This document shows, one piece after another, positions 28,830 through 37,777 of a DNA stretch of 54,681 bases (within the stretch, counting starts at the first letter, position 1; every line of letters starts with the position of its first letter). The translations under genes were made by a program, and so were the position numbers. The DNA comes from a virus (Duplodnaviria > Caudoviricetes). Below the pieces are notes generated by a model. The model searched no databases, was not told the origin of the DNA, and saw only the letters and a program-made list of their open reading frames with translations. The stretch lies in the IMG/VR virus record IMGVR_UViG_3300028571_000037, positions 1 to 54,681 of that record; one strand, written 5' to 3'.

Positions 28830-30386
28830 ATGAAAAAGGTAAATTTGGAAGATGGAAACGCTTCTTTGAATAAGGTTCTCCTAATGATGAAATACGATAC
28901 GAGTAAGACTCTTAACGAAAATAAAGTTTTATTACAAGAACAAGAAATCCCAAAAGGTTACAGAAAAATCGTTGGTCAAGATTTTGTTCGTGGACCCAAA
29001 GCAGAAAAAATCAAACAAGGACTTCTCGAGTTACAAAGTGTTGAAGATTTTGCGGCACTAAATAAGTTTCACAAAGCTGCAGTTGGATTCGAAATTCCGA
29101 GGTTGTTGCAAAATGAATTGGGTGTTGGTGATGTTTTAAGAGCAAAACAAATTCAGGACCATCTGAAAAAAATCGGCGTTCAGATGACATATGGGTTGAA
29201 GGGACCTGCGAATGTAGACGGTTCATCAATCAAACTTAAATATATAAGAAAAACCGCTGAACCAAAACCTGAAGATACCAAAGTGCAACCCAAAACCACA
29301 AAACCACAATTTGTTGAAGGACCTACGAAAGAAGAAGTAAAATCTGGAAAAAAACTTCTTAAATCAGGTATGAAAGGTGAATTTGTAAAAGAGGTACAAT
29401 CTGTATTGAATGCACTGTCATCAGAACAAGGAAACTCTAATTTTTTTGTTGGTAAGGTCGATGGATTATTCGGTGGTAAAACAAAAAAGGGCTTACAAAA
29501 CTATCAAATTTCTGCAGGACTTAAATCCGATGGTGTTTTAGGAAAAGACACATTCGCTCTTCTTTTTAGAGACAAGACCGAACCATTGGCAGTTGCCAGT
29601 AAGAATACAAAATCAATTCTACCCACACGACCCGAATCAGGAGTTCAACGGGTTCCAACACTACCAACTCAAAACGCTCATGTAGATCCACAACCTGTAA
29701 TAAGAGAAAGTCTCAAAAAGAACCTCAAGACAAAATTAGTTGAAAAAACTCAAGAAAAAGAAAATCTTCTTATTGAATCAAAAATTACTACAAACAGATT
29801 CAAACTTATCTCAGAGGGTCTTGTAATTGAAACCGATGACGATAAAATCAGATTCGTTGAGACTGTCATCCAAGAAACAAATTACTTGGTGTCACAGGGA
29901 TATACCTCTAAGTCAATAAACGAAGGTTTATTTAGTGCTTTAGGAGGTTTATTCGGGGGATCTTTGAAAGCTATACCCGCCGTATTTGGCGAATATATCG
30001 CGAAGTGGCTTACTAAAACTTTAGGGGTTCCGCAGGGGTCGTTTATCGAAGGTGCTATTATGGCTTTGGTAGGTAACCTAAACATTGCTGATTACGATAA
30101 ATTTTTCACGGATTGTAGATTTGCTTCCAATAAAATCGCAGATTCATTAATTGAGGGATATCTTATTCAAATGCAGAACAAAATGAATTCAACTTCACAA
30201 GGAGCTTCAGGATTTATCGTATCGGCACTTCGTAACGCAGTTGCTGAAAACTTCTTGGAAGACAAAGAAGGTATCATTCAGATCTTACAAGACAAAATCG
30301 GTGATTTTCTATGTCCTAAACTGGCCAAAGTATCAAATGTAATCGCTGATAAAACAGAAGAAATTAAAGACAAGGCGGTAGCCTAA
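28830..30386 (+). CDS. Large protein with central peptidoglycan-binding domain, probably virion-associated
   Basis: LKSGMKGEFVKEVQ...VDGLFGGKT...DGVLGKDT; several LxE motifs; TATTTAT at 28809. Confidence 0.8.
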   Translation: MKKVNLEDGNASLNKVLLMMKYDTSKTLNENKVLLQEQEIPKGYRKIVGQDFVRGPKAEKIKQGLLELQSVEDFAALNKFHKAAVGFEIPRLLQNELGVGDVLRAKQIQDHLKKIGVQMTYGLKGPANVDGSSIKLKYIRKTAEPKPEDTKVQPKTTKPQFVEGPTKEEVKSGKKLLKSGMKGEFVKEVQSVLNALSSEQGNSNFFVGKVDGLFGGKTKKGLQNYQISAGLKSDGVLGKDTFALLFRDKTEPLAVASKNTKSILPTRPESGVQRVPTLPTQNAHVDPQPVIRESLKKNLKTKLVEKTQEKENLLIESKITTNRFKLISEGLVIETDDDKIRFVETVIQETNYLVSQGYTSKSINEGLFSALGGLFGGSLKAIPAVFGEYIAKWLTKTLGVPQGSFIEGAIMALVGNLNIADYDKFFTDCRFASNKIADSLIEGYLIQMQNKMNSTSQGASGFIVSALRNAVAENFLEDKEGIIQILQDKIGDFLCPKLAKVSNVIADKTEEIKDKAVA

Positions 30387-30448
30387 GTAAATTGTGGGTT
30401 AGATACCCATAATCTAAACCAACAAAAGAAGGGGGGTGGTTTATCTAA

Positions 30449-30476
30449 GAAAGGGGGTTGAAAAACCCCCTTTTTT
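30449..30476. terminator. Bidirectional terminator
   Basis: AAAGGGGGTT-gaaa-AACCCCCTTTTT between convergent genes. Confidence 0.8.
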
Positions 30477-31149
30477 ATGTCCTTTTGATAACTATTTCAT
30501 CGATGATCCCGTAGTCTACAGATTCCTGTGCTGACAACCAAAAATCTCGTAACATATCCTGTTTCACTTGTTCGGGGTCTTTATTACAGAACTTAGCCAA
30601 TAGAGTGATCAATATCTCATTAGTTTTTTCCCATTCGATGAAGTTAATACGAGCGTCTTGAATGTTACCTCCAGCACCACCTGAGGTTTGGTGTAACATA
30701 GTCTTTGAAAACCTGAGTGATGATCGTTTGCCTTTAGTTCCAGCACCCAACAAAACAGATCCCATAGACGCTGCCATACCTGTATTCACAGTTTTGATAT
30801 CACATTTGATGTAATCCATCACATCTACCATAGATAACCCTGATTTCACCGAGCCTCCTGGAGAATCAATATGCATTGTGATATCCAAATTATCCACCGA
30901 GTCGAGATACATAAGTTGAGCTTGGACAACAGTTGACATCGCATCATTTACGGGACCTGCGACCCACAACAAACGTTCTCTCATCAAACGAGAGAAGATG
31001 TCCATTTGTGTGACCCTCATTTCTCGTTCCTCTAAGATATAGGGTGTCATAGAGGCACTGACCTGTTGGTCGTAGTAGTGTAGGTTCATCGAGGACAGAC
31101 CATGTTCACTAATGGCGTACTTCTGAAAATCATTCATATTTGGGTTCAT
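30475..31149 (-). CDS. clpP: ATP-dependent Clp protease proteolytic subunit
   Basis: DIFSRL, IDSPGGSV, GMAASMG (Ser), MLHQ (His), RDFWLSA (Asp), YGIIDEI. Confidence 0.97.
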   Translation of the reverse strand: MNPNMNDFQKYAISEHGLSSMNLHYYDQQVSASMTPYILEEREMRVTQMDIFSRLMRERLLWVAGPVNDAMSTVVQAQLMYLDSVDNLDITMHIDSPGGSVKSGLSMVDVMDYIKCDIKTVNTGMAASMGSVLLGAGTKGKRSSLRFSKTMLHQTSGGAGGNIQDARINFIEWEKTNEILITLLAKFCNKDPEQVKQDMLRDFWLSAQESVDYGIIDEIVIKRT

Positions 31150-31151
31150 AA

Positions 31152-31541
31152 TTATCCTTCGTGGTTTATAATGTTAGAGTTAGCAAAGATAAGGTAAAGT
31201 CCAATAGATACCAATAATAATTTCAAAGCCAAACCAAATGAATTCGTTTGGTCAAACACAGTAGATAATGTTTGTAGGGAAAATAGTGATACAGTCAATA
31301 CACTCGCCTGTTGGGGATGTAGTGATGAAAAACGTTTGTACATTGTAACGAGACTAAACCAAATTGCTCCACCCGATACTATGATCCCTAAGATAAGTAA
31401 AATTGATAAAACTTGACCGATTCCGACTCCGATAAATGTTCCACCGATAAATGCGGTGATGGCCGCCAGTATTTGACGTAAAAAATAGTTGGTACCGTTG
31501 ATGGTTCCTGAAAATTGAAAATATTTTTTTAGTTTGTTCAT
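31152..31541 (-). CDS. DUF805-like membrane protein
   Basis: FQFSGTI...YF, KRF, four hydrophobic helices; start moved to MNKLKKY, downstream of the tRNA. Confidence 0.7.
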   Translation of the reverse strand: MNKLKKYFQFSGTINGTNYFLRQILAAITAFIGGTFIGVGIGQVLSILLILGIIVSGGAIWFSLVTMYKRFSSLHPQQASVLTVSLFSLQTLSTVFDQTNSFGLALKLLLVSIGLYLIFANSNIINHEG

Positions 31542-31564
31542 AGGTTTTGGATTATAAATGTTAG

Positions 31565-31650
31565 TACCACCTGCCGGAATCGAACCGGCACGGACCCTTC
31601 GGTCCATTTGATTTTAAGTCAAACTTGTCTACCTGTTTCAACAAGGCGGC
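31565..31650 (-). tRNA. tRNA-Leu(TAA)
   Basis: GCCGCCT/AGGTGGT-A acceptor, TTTGA-CTTAAAA-TCAAA, variable arm GGACC-gaag-GGTCC. Confidence 0.95.
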
Positions 31651-31681
31651 AACTTGTATAATTATAATAACTTAATTTGAG

Positions 31682-32173
31682 TTAGACAAATGAAACTTTG
31701 AAATCATCCCAAAGTGTTCCTACATCATTGGATAGAACAAAAGAGAAGATACTTGGTTCATATGGTTTTTGTTGAGGTTTCATACCTGCTTCCTCGGGTG
31801 TACGACTACCTTTTTTTATATTACAAAAATGACAACAGGTCACAAGGTTACTCCAAGTATTCTTACCCCCTCGTGATTTGGGGATTACGTGGTCTATTGT
31901 GAGATTTTTTTTACCACCACAATACACGCATTGGTTATGGTCTCGAGCATATAGACGTTTTCTACTGAGTTTCAGATGAGATGCTATATACCTAACGTAA
32001 CTCAAAAGACGTATTATCAAAGGTCTGGTAAACTCCCCGACGCTTGTCACAATCTTTTTGTTATCCTCACGAAGTACCTCAGCCTTCCCTTTTATTACCA
32101 AGATAAAACCCCTTCGGGTGCTTGTGACATTCAAGGGTGTATAATCTGAATTCAACACAAGTACCTTATCCAT
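31682..32173 (-). CDS. HNH endonuclease
   Basis: VLVLN-Y-PL, RD-CVYCG, TIDHVIPKSRGG, WSNLVTCC-CN. Confidence 0.93.
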   Translation of the reverse strand: MDKVLVLNSDYTPLNVTSTRRGFILVIKGKAEVLREDNKKIVTSVGEFTRPLIIRLLSYVRYIASHLKLSRKRLYARDHNQCVYCGGKKNLTIDHVIPKSRGGKNTWSNLVTCCHFCNIKKGSRTPEEAGMKPQQKPYEPSIFSFVLSNDVGTLWDDFKVSFV

Positions 32174-32352
32174 ATATTAAATTTTCTATAAACAAAAATA
32201 CACAAAATTTTTCACTAAGATATAGTATTATATATTTTCTTCAGGTTCACAACTGGTGACTCCGATATCTTATTGGACATTACTATAAATAGTTATGATA
32301 AGGGTTTGTCTTGTGATTTTTTGGTTGTATCTTTACCGAGGTAATACAATCT

Positions 32353-32425
32353 GCCTCCGTAGCATAATGGATAATGCAACACACTTCTAATGTGTCGATT
32401 GCTGGTTCGAGTCCAGTCGGAGGTA
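32353..32425 (+). tRNA. tRNA-Arg(TCT)
   Basis: GCCTCCG/CGGAGGT-A, ACACA-CTTCTAA-TGTGT. Confidence 0.95.
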
Positions 32426-32512
32426 CAAAATCGATATCTTGATATGGTATAATTCTGCCAATCAATATCGATTATTCTTGTTTTTTTAATTTGTTTGGCA
32501 TACATTTGCGCT

Positions 32513-33109
32513 ATGAAAATCTTATTCCTTGATAATGACGGTGTCATCTGTTTAAATAATAATTGGGGTTCTCGTCACAAAAAACAAAAAAAGTGGGGAG
32601 GACGAAAACTATCTATGTCATCGAACGAAATTCCAATTCAATACCGATTTGATAACTTTGATACAAAGGCTGTCAAAGTATTGAACGAAATCTTGGAACA
32701 GACTGGTGCTGAAATCGTTGTTAGTTCAGATTGGAGGTTTCACGCTACTTTGGAAGAATTGGGTGAATACTACCTATCCCAGGGAATTGTAAAAAAACCA
32801 ATTGCTACCACCGATATGTTCAAAGACATTTTCCCCCGAGAATGGTCCGCTTTGAGATTTCGAGCAGATTTGGAATTGGAAAGAAGTATGGAGATCCAAC
32901 ATTGGGTTGATAATCATCCTGAGGTAACACATTGGGTTGCTGTTGATGATTTGAATATGAGTGTTGAGTTCTTGGGACCAAGATTTGTTGCCTCAAATGG
33001 TACAGATGGTCAAGCTGGCCTCAAAAACTTTGTGTTGACACCTTCGGATAATCAAGGTATCAAACAATCGGGAATAAAAGATAAAATACTAAGATACTTA
33101 TTACTATGA
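32513..33109 (+). CDS. HAD-family protein (Swiss-Army-Knife RNA-repair type HAD domain)
   Basis: ILFLDNDGV, IVVSSDWR, R-EI-W, VAVDD. Confidence 0.85.
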   Translation: MKILFLDNDGVICLNNNWGSRHKKQKKWGGRKLSMSSNEIPIQYRFDNFDTKAVKVLNEILEQTGAEIVVSSDWRFHATLEELGEYYLSQGIVKKPIATTDMFKDIFPREWSALRFRADLELERSMEIQHWVDNHPEVTHWVAVDDLNMSVEFLGPRFVASNGTDGQAGLKNFVLTPSDNQGIKQSGIKDKILRYLLL

Positions 33110-33696
33110 TTATTATAGACGACTTTATACAAGATTTAGATTTTTTAGATAAAATCTCTGAGGATAAATCTTTTTGGGAACACGGTTACCGTTGGTATGA
33201 CGGATGGTGGAAATCTCCGATGGAAGATTTGAGACACGAACTGATCTATAAACTGTGGGGGGAAAATTCTCCACATCATAATGTTCAGGTTGCAGGTTTT
33301 GAACATTGGATTGGTGATTTTGGTCCCGATAACAAAGATTCTATGTTGAATATGGATTGGTCTTTGAAACCCCATTTTGATAAGGATGAAACACTTTGGG
33401 GTAAAAACAAAGAAATGGTCGGACCAAAAATTGGTACGGTTTTTTATCCTTGTCGTGAAATTGATGAAATCGAAGGTGGTATGTTATATATTTGGGATAA
33501 ATATGAGCATGCTAACTTGAGTCCTCAAGGTTGGGTAACTAACCTAACTCAAGAACCTCAGATTATAAGTCCAAAATTCAACAGATTAATTATTTTTGAT
33601 GCTTCCAAACTTCACGCAGTATCCTATGTAAAATCGGGACGAAGAAGAGCTATTGCGGTAAACTTATGGGAAAATAAACCAGAAGAATTCAAGTAA
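33106..33696 (+). CDS. 2OG-Fe(II) oxygenase
   Basis: PHFDKD, EGG, FNRLIIFD, HAV, RRAIAVN. Confidence 0.85.
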   Translation: MIIIDDFIQDLDFLDKISEDKSFWEHGYRWYDGWWKSPMEDLRHELIYKLWGENSPHHNVQVAGFEHWIGDFGPDNKDSMLNMDWSLKPHFDKDETLWGKNKEMVGPKIGTVFYPCREIDEIEGGMLYIWDKYEHANLSPQGWVTNLTQEPQIISPKFNRLIIFDASKLHAVSYVKSGRRRAIAVNLWENKPEEFK

Positions 33697-33848
33697 TCCA
33701 TCTTTCAATATGAATTGTATTGTCTGTGGAAAATCGACTGATCGAGTGGAGGAAGATCATATTATAAATGGATCACACCTATCGTGTTTATTAGATAATG
33801 AGGAACTTGACAAGACGATAATTTAGTGTATTTTTCTAAAAAAAGAAA

Positions 33849-34490
33849 ATGGCTAAATATTCTCTCCTTGTCAATGGAACCGGTTTCGATGGTTCCGCCC
33901 ACGTTCTAAAATCTGAAGAAGTTCAGAAAATCCGAGATTTCCAAGAAGAAGCGGGTTACAACGCATTGTATGAAATGTATTCTGACCTTCCCGAACTTTT
34001 GGAAAATTATGACCATTATGACACCAACTATTGGGTTACTTCAACCGCTATGGCAACACCAAGACTTCACTTTGTTCTCGTGGATGAAGAAGAAAAGATT
34101 GTTTGGGATGTAAAACCCGAAGAATTTTCTGAAGTAAATTCCGAAACCACTGGTTTCAAGTTCCCTGAAGACGCTGAAGATCATGTCAAAGAGATTGATG
34201 CTTATCCACACGAAGGTAAGGAAAATATCTTGTTGGTTTATGAGGAGACCAAAGGTACTATGATTGATTTCGTTGTTGAAAGTGACGAAGCACCCAAACC
34301 TATTGATTTCTCATTTACCGTTCAAAGTTTGGAAACTCCTGAATATGAAATAGAATTGGTTGATAAAGTGTTCTTCAAGGGCACTCAACTTGAATCAGTA
34401 TATGAACAAGAAAACTACACAGGTAAAGGTTTAACTGTTGCAATCTATACTATGGAGGACTTGGATAGTGATTCGGATTCTGAAGAATAA
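33849..34490 (+). CDS. Acidic hypothetical protein
   Basis: 213-aa ORF. Confidence 0.8.
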   Translation: MAKYSLLVNGTGFDGSAHVLKSEEVQKIRDFQEEAGYNALYEMYSDLPELLENYDHYDTNYWVTSTAMATPRLHFVLVDEEEKIVWDVKPEEFSEVNSETTGFKFPEDAEDHVKEIDAYPHEGKENILLVYEETKGTMIDFVVESDEAPKPIDFSFTVQSLETPEYEIELVDKVFFKGTQLESVYEQENYTGKGLTVAIYTMEDLDSDSDSEE

Positions 34491-34537
34491 TTTAAAATAA
34501 GGTAGGAATCTTATTTTTTTTTATTTACCTTTGAATT

Positions 34538-35185
34538 ATGAAAATAGATAGAAAAAAATTAGAGTGGTATCTAAAGAATATCCGAACTAACAGTAAGGAT
34601 CAGGAGATCACCGATGAGGAATTGGTTGATCAACTTGCTACATGGATCGAGAGAAATCCTAAATGTGTCGATGTAAAAGGTGTAAGTGACCATGGTCGTT
34701 TTTACTATTCAACCGTTGGTTATGGTGTCTTCTCTTTGATGGGTGAGAAATACCGTATGGGTAGGGTTGAAATCTTCGACAGTGAAGATGAATCAGGGTA
34801 TGCTGTTAGTGAAGGTATCTATACAATGCCCCACGTTGCTGCAAACCAATTCGAAGACTTCATCAATTCATTGCAAACTGATCTGCCAATAAACATCGAA
34901 ATTGGATCTCACGAATGGTGTGAGAAAGAATGTGCCACAGATCTTGGTTTCGAAACACCTGCCCAGATGAGGGACCCTGAAAAAATCAAAGAGTTCCAAA
35001 AAAAGAAAAACGATGAGTATGCGATAGAACGTGGATTCAAAGATTTTGATGAGTTGTGGGCAAATAGCAAATTCGGTGGTAAAGCAAAAGAACAAGAATT
35101 TATACAAATAAATCAAGATAACCCAATAACAAAGGGTAGTACTGCTTTGATAAGAAACCCAAATAGAAATGAAATTTCGGAATGA
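34538..35185 (+). CDS. Hypothetical protein
   Basis: 215-aa ORF; TACCTTTG at 34526. Confidence 0.8.
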   Translation: MKIDRKKLEWYLKNIRTNSKDQEITDEELVDQLATWIERNPKCVDVKGVSDHGRFYYSTVGYGVFSLMGEKYRMGRVEIFDSEDESGYAVSEGIYTMPHVAANQFEDFINSLQTDLPINIEIGSHEWCEKECATDLGFETPAQMRDPEKIKEFQKKKNDEYAIERGFKDFDELWANSKFGGKAKEQEFIQINQDNPITKGSTALIRNPNRNEISE

Positions 35186-35206
35186 TTTCGGAATGATTTC
35201 GGAATG
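35174..35206 (+). repeat. 11-bp tandem repeat x3 (ATTTCGGAATG)
   Basis: Three exact copies spanning the stop codon of 34538-35185. Confidence 0.9.
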
Positions 35207-35240
35207 ATGAACTTAAACACCCAAGAAATAAAAAAAAATT

Positions 35241-35564
35241 ATGCAAAATTTTATTAATAAAAAAGTATTAGTAACTACACAAGGTTGGTTCTATGGTAAA
35301 GATGGACGTTCATATAAGGGGGTTCATGGAACATTAAAAGCAATTCACGAAGCGGGTAAAACACTTGGATTTATTCCCAACCGAGCACACGCTAACTGGT
35401 TTATAGAAATCGGTGAAATGGTAATTATGGGATGTCAAGTAATGTATATTGTTGAATGTGAAACCATAAACACTGGTAATGTTACCGATTGGACAACTGA
35501 GGCTCAAAGTGAAACTGGCATAAAGGAATATCAACGTCCAACAGCTATTTATGTGGTATCTTAG
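35241..35564 (+). CDS. Hypothetical protein
   Basis: 107-aa ORF. Confidence 0.78.
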   Translation: MQNFINKKVLVTTQGWFYGKDGRSYKGVHGTLKAIHEAGKTLGFIPNRAHANWFIEIGEMVIMGCQVMYIVECETINTGNVTDWTTEAQSETGIKEYQRPTAIYVVS

Positions 35565-35594
35565 AATTACCACTAACTTTCAAGACCAAATTAG

Positions 35595-35798
35595 ATGAAT
35601 AGTCCAATCACAGGTAAACCGATGAAGTTTATATTTGATGAGCATAAAGCTACAAGTAATAAGACAGGTGATGTAACTTTTAGAATCTACTATTGGTTGT
35701 GTCAGGACAGTGGTGAAAAGTTCATTTTAGACAGAGATGAAATTAATTTAAACAATAATTCGGAAATAATCCGAGTTACTAAACACAATTTTGCATAA
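35595..35798 (+). CDS. Hypothetical protein
   Basis: SPITGKPM...LCQDSGEKF, degenerate zinc-ribbon-like. Confidence 0.6.
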   Translation: MNSPITGKPMKFIFDEHKATSNKTGDVTFRIYYWLCQDSGEKFILDRDEINLNNNSEIIRVTKHNFA

Positions 35799-35881
35799 TA
35801 TACTTGATTGATTTATTGTGCAACATATGGATCACATCCTTATAATGTCTTATAAAAGTAAGAAAACAAATACAAATTATT

Positions 35882-36235
35882 ATGGCACACCCGTTACAAC
35901 ATGCAAAATCTTCGGTAAATAAATTCGGAGGAAAACCCGAAGACTATATTCACCTTCACAATTGGTTAGACGAAACAAAGGCGTGGTTTGGACATTCATT
36001 TCATAGAATGTTTCGTCATCACTCTGAAGGTATCTTTGAGATGGAAAAGATTTTCGGTCCTGAGTTCAAAAACAGTGATGGTAAAACAGTGTATACTCGT
36101 TACGTTGGTGAACAACACGTAAGAGAAGATTGTAACAACTATATCCCAACAGCCAAAGAATGGATTGATGGATTGACCGCTGAAAAAAAACCTATGTGGA
36201 TGATCCGTACTATGGAATTAAACATTAAAGATTAG
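35882..36235 (+). CDS. DUF6915-like protein
   Basis: HPLQHAKSS..KFGG, HR..RHHSEGIF, EQHVRED. Confidence 0.8.
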   Translation: MAHPLQHAKSSVNKFGGKPEDYIHLHNWLDETKAWFGHSFHRMFRHHSEGIFEMEKIFGPEFKNSDGKTVYTRYVGEQHVREDCNNYIPTAKEWIDGLTAEKKPMWMIRTMELNIKD

Positions 36236-36246
36236 TATTTATCGTT

Positions 36247-36927
36247 ATGACACAAAAGGAAAAAATCTTATTTAAAATGATGAGTTCATACATTCAGAAA
36301 ATGGGTTGTGATAGTGCCGAAATGATGGGTGAATATTGGGACGACGAACTCTTTAGTGACCGAAATTTTAATTGTAAAGGTGGTGGAACATATAAATTTC
36401 CATTTGATGCAAGTGATGTTATAAACGGTTGGGTGGATAGTTTAGATTTAGATATCAATTCATACGAGGACGAAGGTCTGAATTCAGTGTGGTTAGAAAT
36501 CAGTCCAAAAGATAATAGTATATCAGTAATTGCCGGTTTTTCTGAAACCCAATTGGGGGAAGAGCAACTAATTGTTGAAACACTATCTGATAAGTGGGGT
36601 GTTGAGGGGCTAAAAAAAGAACTTGAAAAAGAATTCGGAGATTTCAAATTAATCGAAGTTCAATTCAATGGTTATGGTGACTCAGGTGGTTTGGAAGGTA
36701 TAAAAGTTGACGGTGAAGAATATGGTTCAGACCAAATTCCATATTCATTAAAGAACGTACTTTATGGTATGTTGGGTGAATTCGGAGGATGGGAAATTGA
36801 TTCAGGATCTGAAGGATTTTTCGATATAGATTTGGAAAATGATAAAGTTGTATTACATTTTCATTGGAACGAACAAGTTGATAGACCTGAAACACTACAC
36901 CGAGAAGAAATTGAAACTAAAATTTAA
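36247..36927 (+). CDS. DUF6878-like acidic protein
   Basis: V-FNGYGDSG...GWEIDSGSEG motif; TATTTAT at 36236. Confidence 0.7.
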   Translation: MTQKEKILFKMMSSYIQKMGCDSAEMMGEYWDDELFSDRNFNCKGGGTYKFPFDASDVINGWVDSLDLDINSYEDEGLNSVWLEISPKDNSISVIAGFSETQLGEEQLIVETLSDKWGVEGLKKELEKEFGDFKLIEVQFNGYGDSGGLEGIKVDGEEYGSDQIPYSLKNVLYGMLGEFGGWEIDSGSEGFFDIDLENDKVVLHFHWNEQVDRPETLHREEIETKI

Positions 36928-36942
36928 CTTATACAGAAATAA

Positions 36943-37174
36943 ATCAACAAAGTTCTGTCGCTCTACGGAGAGGAAACTCAGGACATCACACGCTTAAGGT
37001 GGGAGATATAAGTCAACAAACTTATAATGGTTAGTTATAAGTCCTTATCCTTATATCACTTTACCACCGAGGATGCAACCCAAAACAGTCCATGACGGTG
37101 AGCTGGTCGGACAAGGTGGGGGCAAATAGACTAATGACAGATTAAATACAGAATCTTGGTTATACTTTGTTGAT
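36943..37174 (+). ncRNA. rnpB: RNase P RNA, compact (232 nt)
   Basis: P1 36943-36953/37164-37174; P2 TCTGTC/GACAGA; P3 CTC-tacg-GAG; GAGGAA followed by P4 AAC-T-CAGGA pairing with TCTTG-GTT inside ACAGAA..TTAT; P5 CATC/GATG followed by CAA; AGA-nn-AATG before P2 3-prime. Confidence 0.88.
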
Positions 37175-37180
37175 ATAAAC

Positions 37181-37252
37181 ACCTCCTTAGGTTAATGGAT
37201 AAACCTCTTCACTACGGATGAAGTATTGGGAGTTTGAATCTCTCAGGGGGTA
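37181..37252 (+). tRNA. tRNA-Arg(ACG)
   Basis: ACCTCCT/AGGGGGT-A, CTTCA-CTACGGA-TGAAG; T-loop reads TTTGAAT rather than TTCGAAT. Confidence 0.88.
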
Positions 37253-37304
37253 CAAAAAAATACTTGGATATTCAAAAATTTGGTGTATCTTTGTATAACA
37301 AAAT

Positions 37305-37376
37305 AGCGGGGTAGAGCAGTGGTAGCTTACGAGGCTCATAACCTCGGGGTCGGGGGTTCGAGTCCCCCCCCCGCAA
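37305..37376 (+). tRNA. tRNA-Met(CAT), initiator-like
   Basis: A1:A72 mismatch over GCGGGG/CCCCGC, CGAGG-CTCATAA-CCTCG; TATCTTTG promoter at 37286. Confidence 0.9.
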
Positions 37377-37449
37377 CAAAGTAGACCTTCAAAAGGGCCC
37401 TTCCGTATCTGCGTGAACGGCATGTTGGGCCCGGGTCTACCTCTTTCAA

Positions 37450-37523
37450 GCAGAAGTAGCTCAGTTGGTTAGAGCGCAAAACTGTTAATTTTGATGTCCT
37501 TGGTTCGAGTCCAAGAGGGGGAG
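37450..37523 (+). tRNA. tRNA-Asn(GTT) with unpaired acceptor stem (chimeric)
   Basis: D, anticodon (CAAAA-CTGTTAA-TTTTG) and T arms intact, but GCAGAAG cannot pair with AGGGGGA. Confidence 0.75.
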
Positions 37524-37661
37524 CACCGTTACTTGAACTAGCACTAGGAAAGTAACAACCATTGGATGAAGCTAGCATCTCGAATGGTCCTGTAGGTTGA
37601 CAAGTAAAAAGTCCTACCAGGTAGAGTAGGTAATCCGTATTCGGATAAGCTCTACCATTTT

Positions 37662-37734
37662 GCGAAAGTAGCTCAGTTGGTAGAGCATGACCTTACCAAG
37701 GTCAGGGTCGCCGGTTCGAATCCGGTCTTTCGCT
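37662..37734 (+). tRNA. tRNA-Gly with anticodon ACC
   Basis: GCGAAAG/CTTTCGC-T (U73, Gly identity), TGACC-TTACCAA-GGTCA. Confidence 0.92.
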
Positions 37735-37777
37735 CTAATGATAAATATTAATTCAGATATTTATTATTTGTAAAAAT

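Noticed and set aside
29000-29190. Annexin-like repeat in the 518-aa protein
   Set aside because: Only a loose helical resemblance; needs a profile search
37524-37660. Hammerhead or other self-cleaving ribozyme
   Set aside because: No CTGANGA...GAAA core in the required arrangement found by eye
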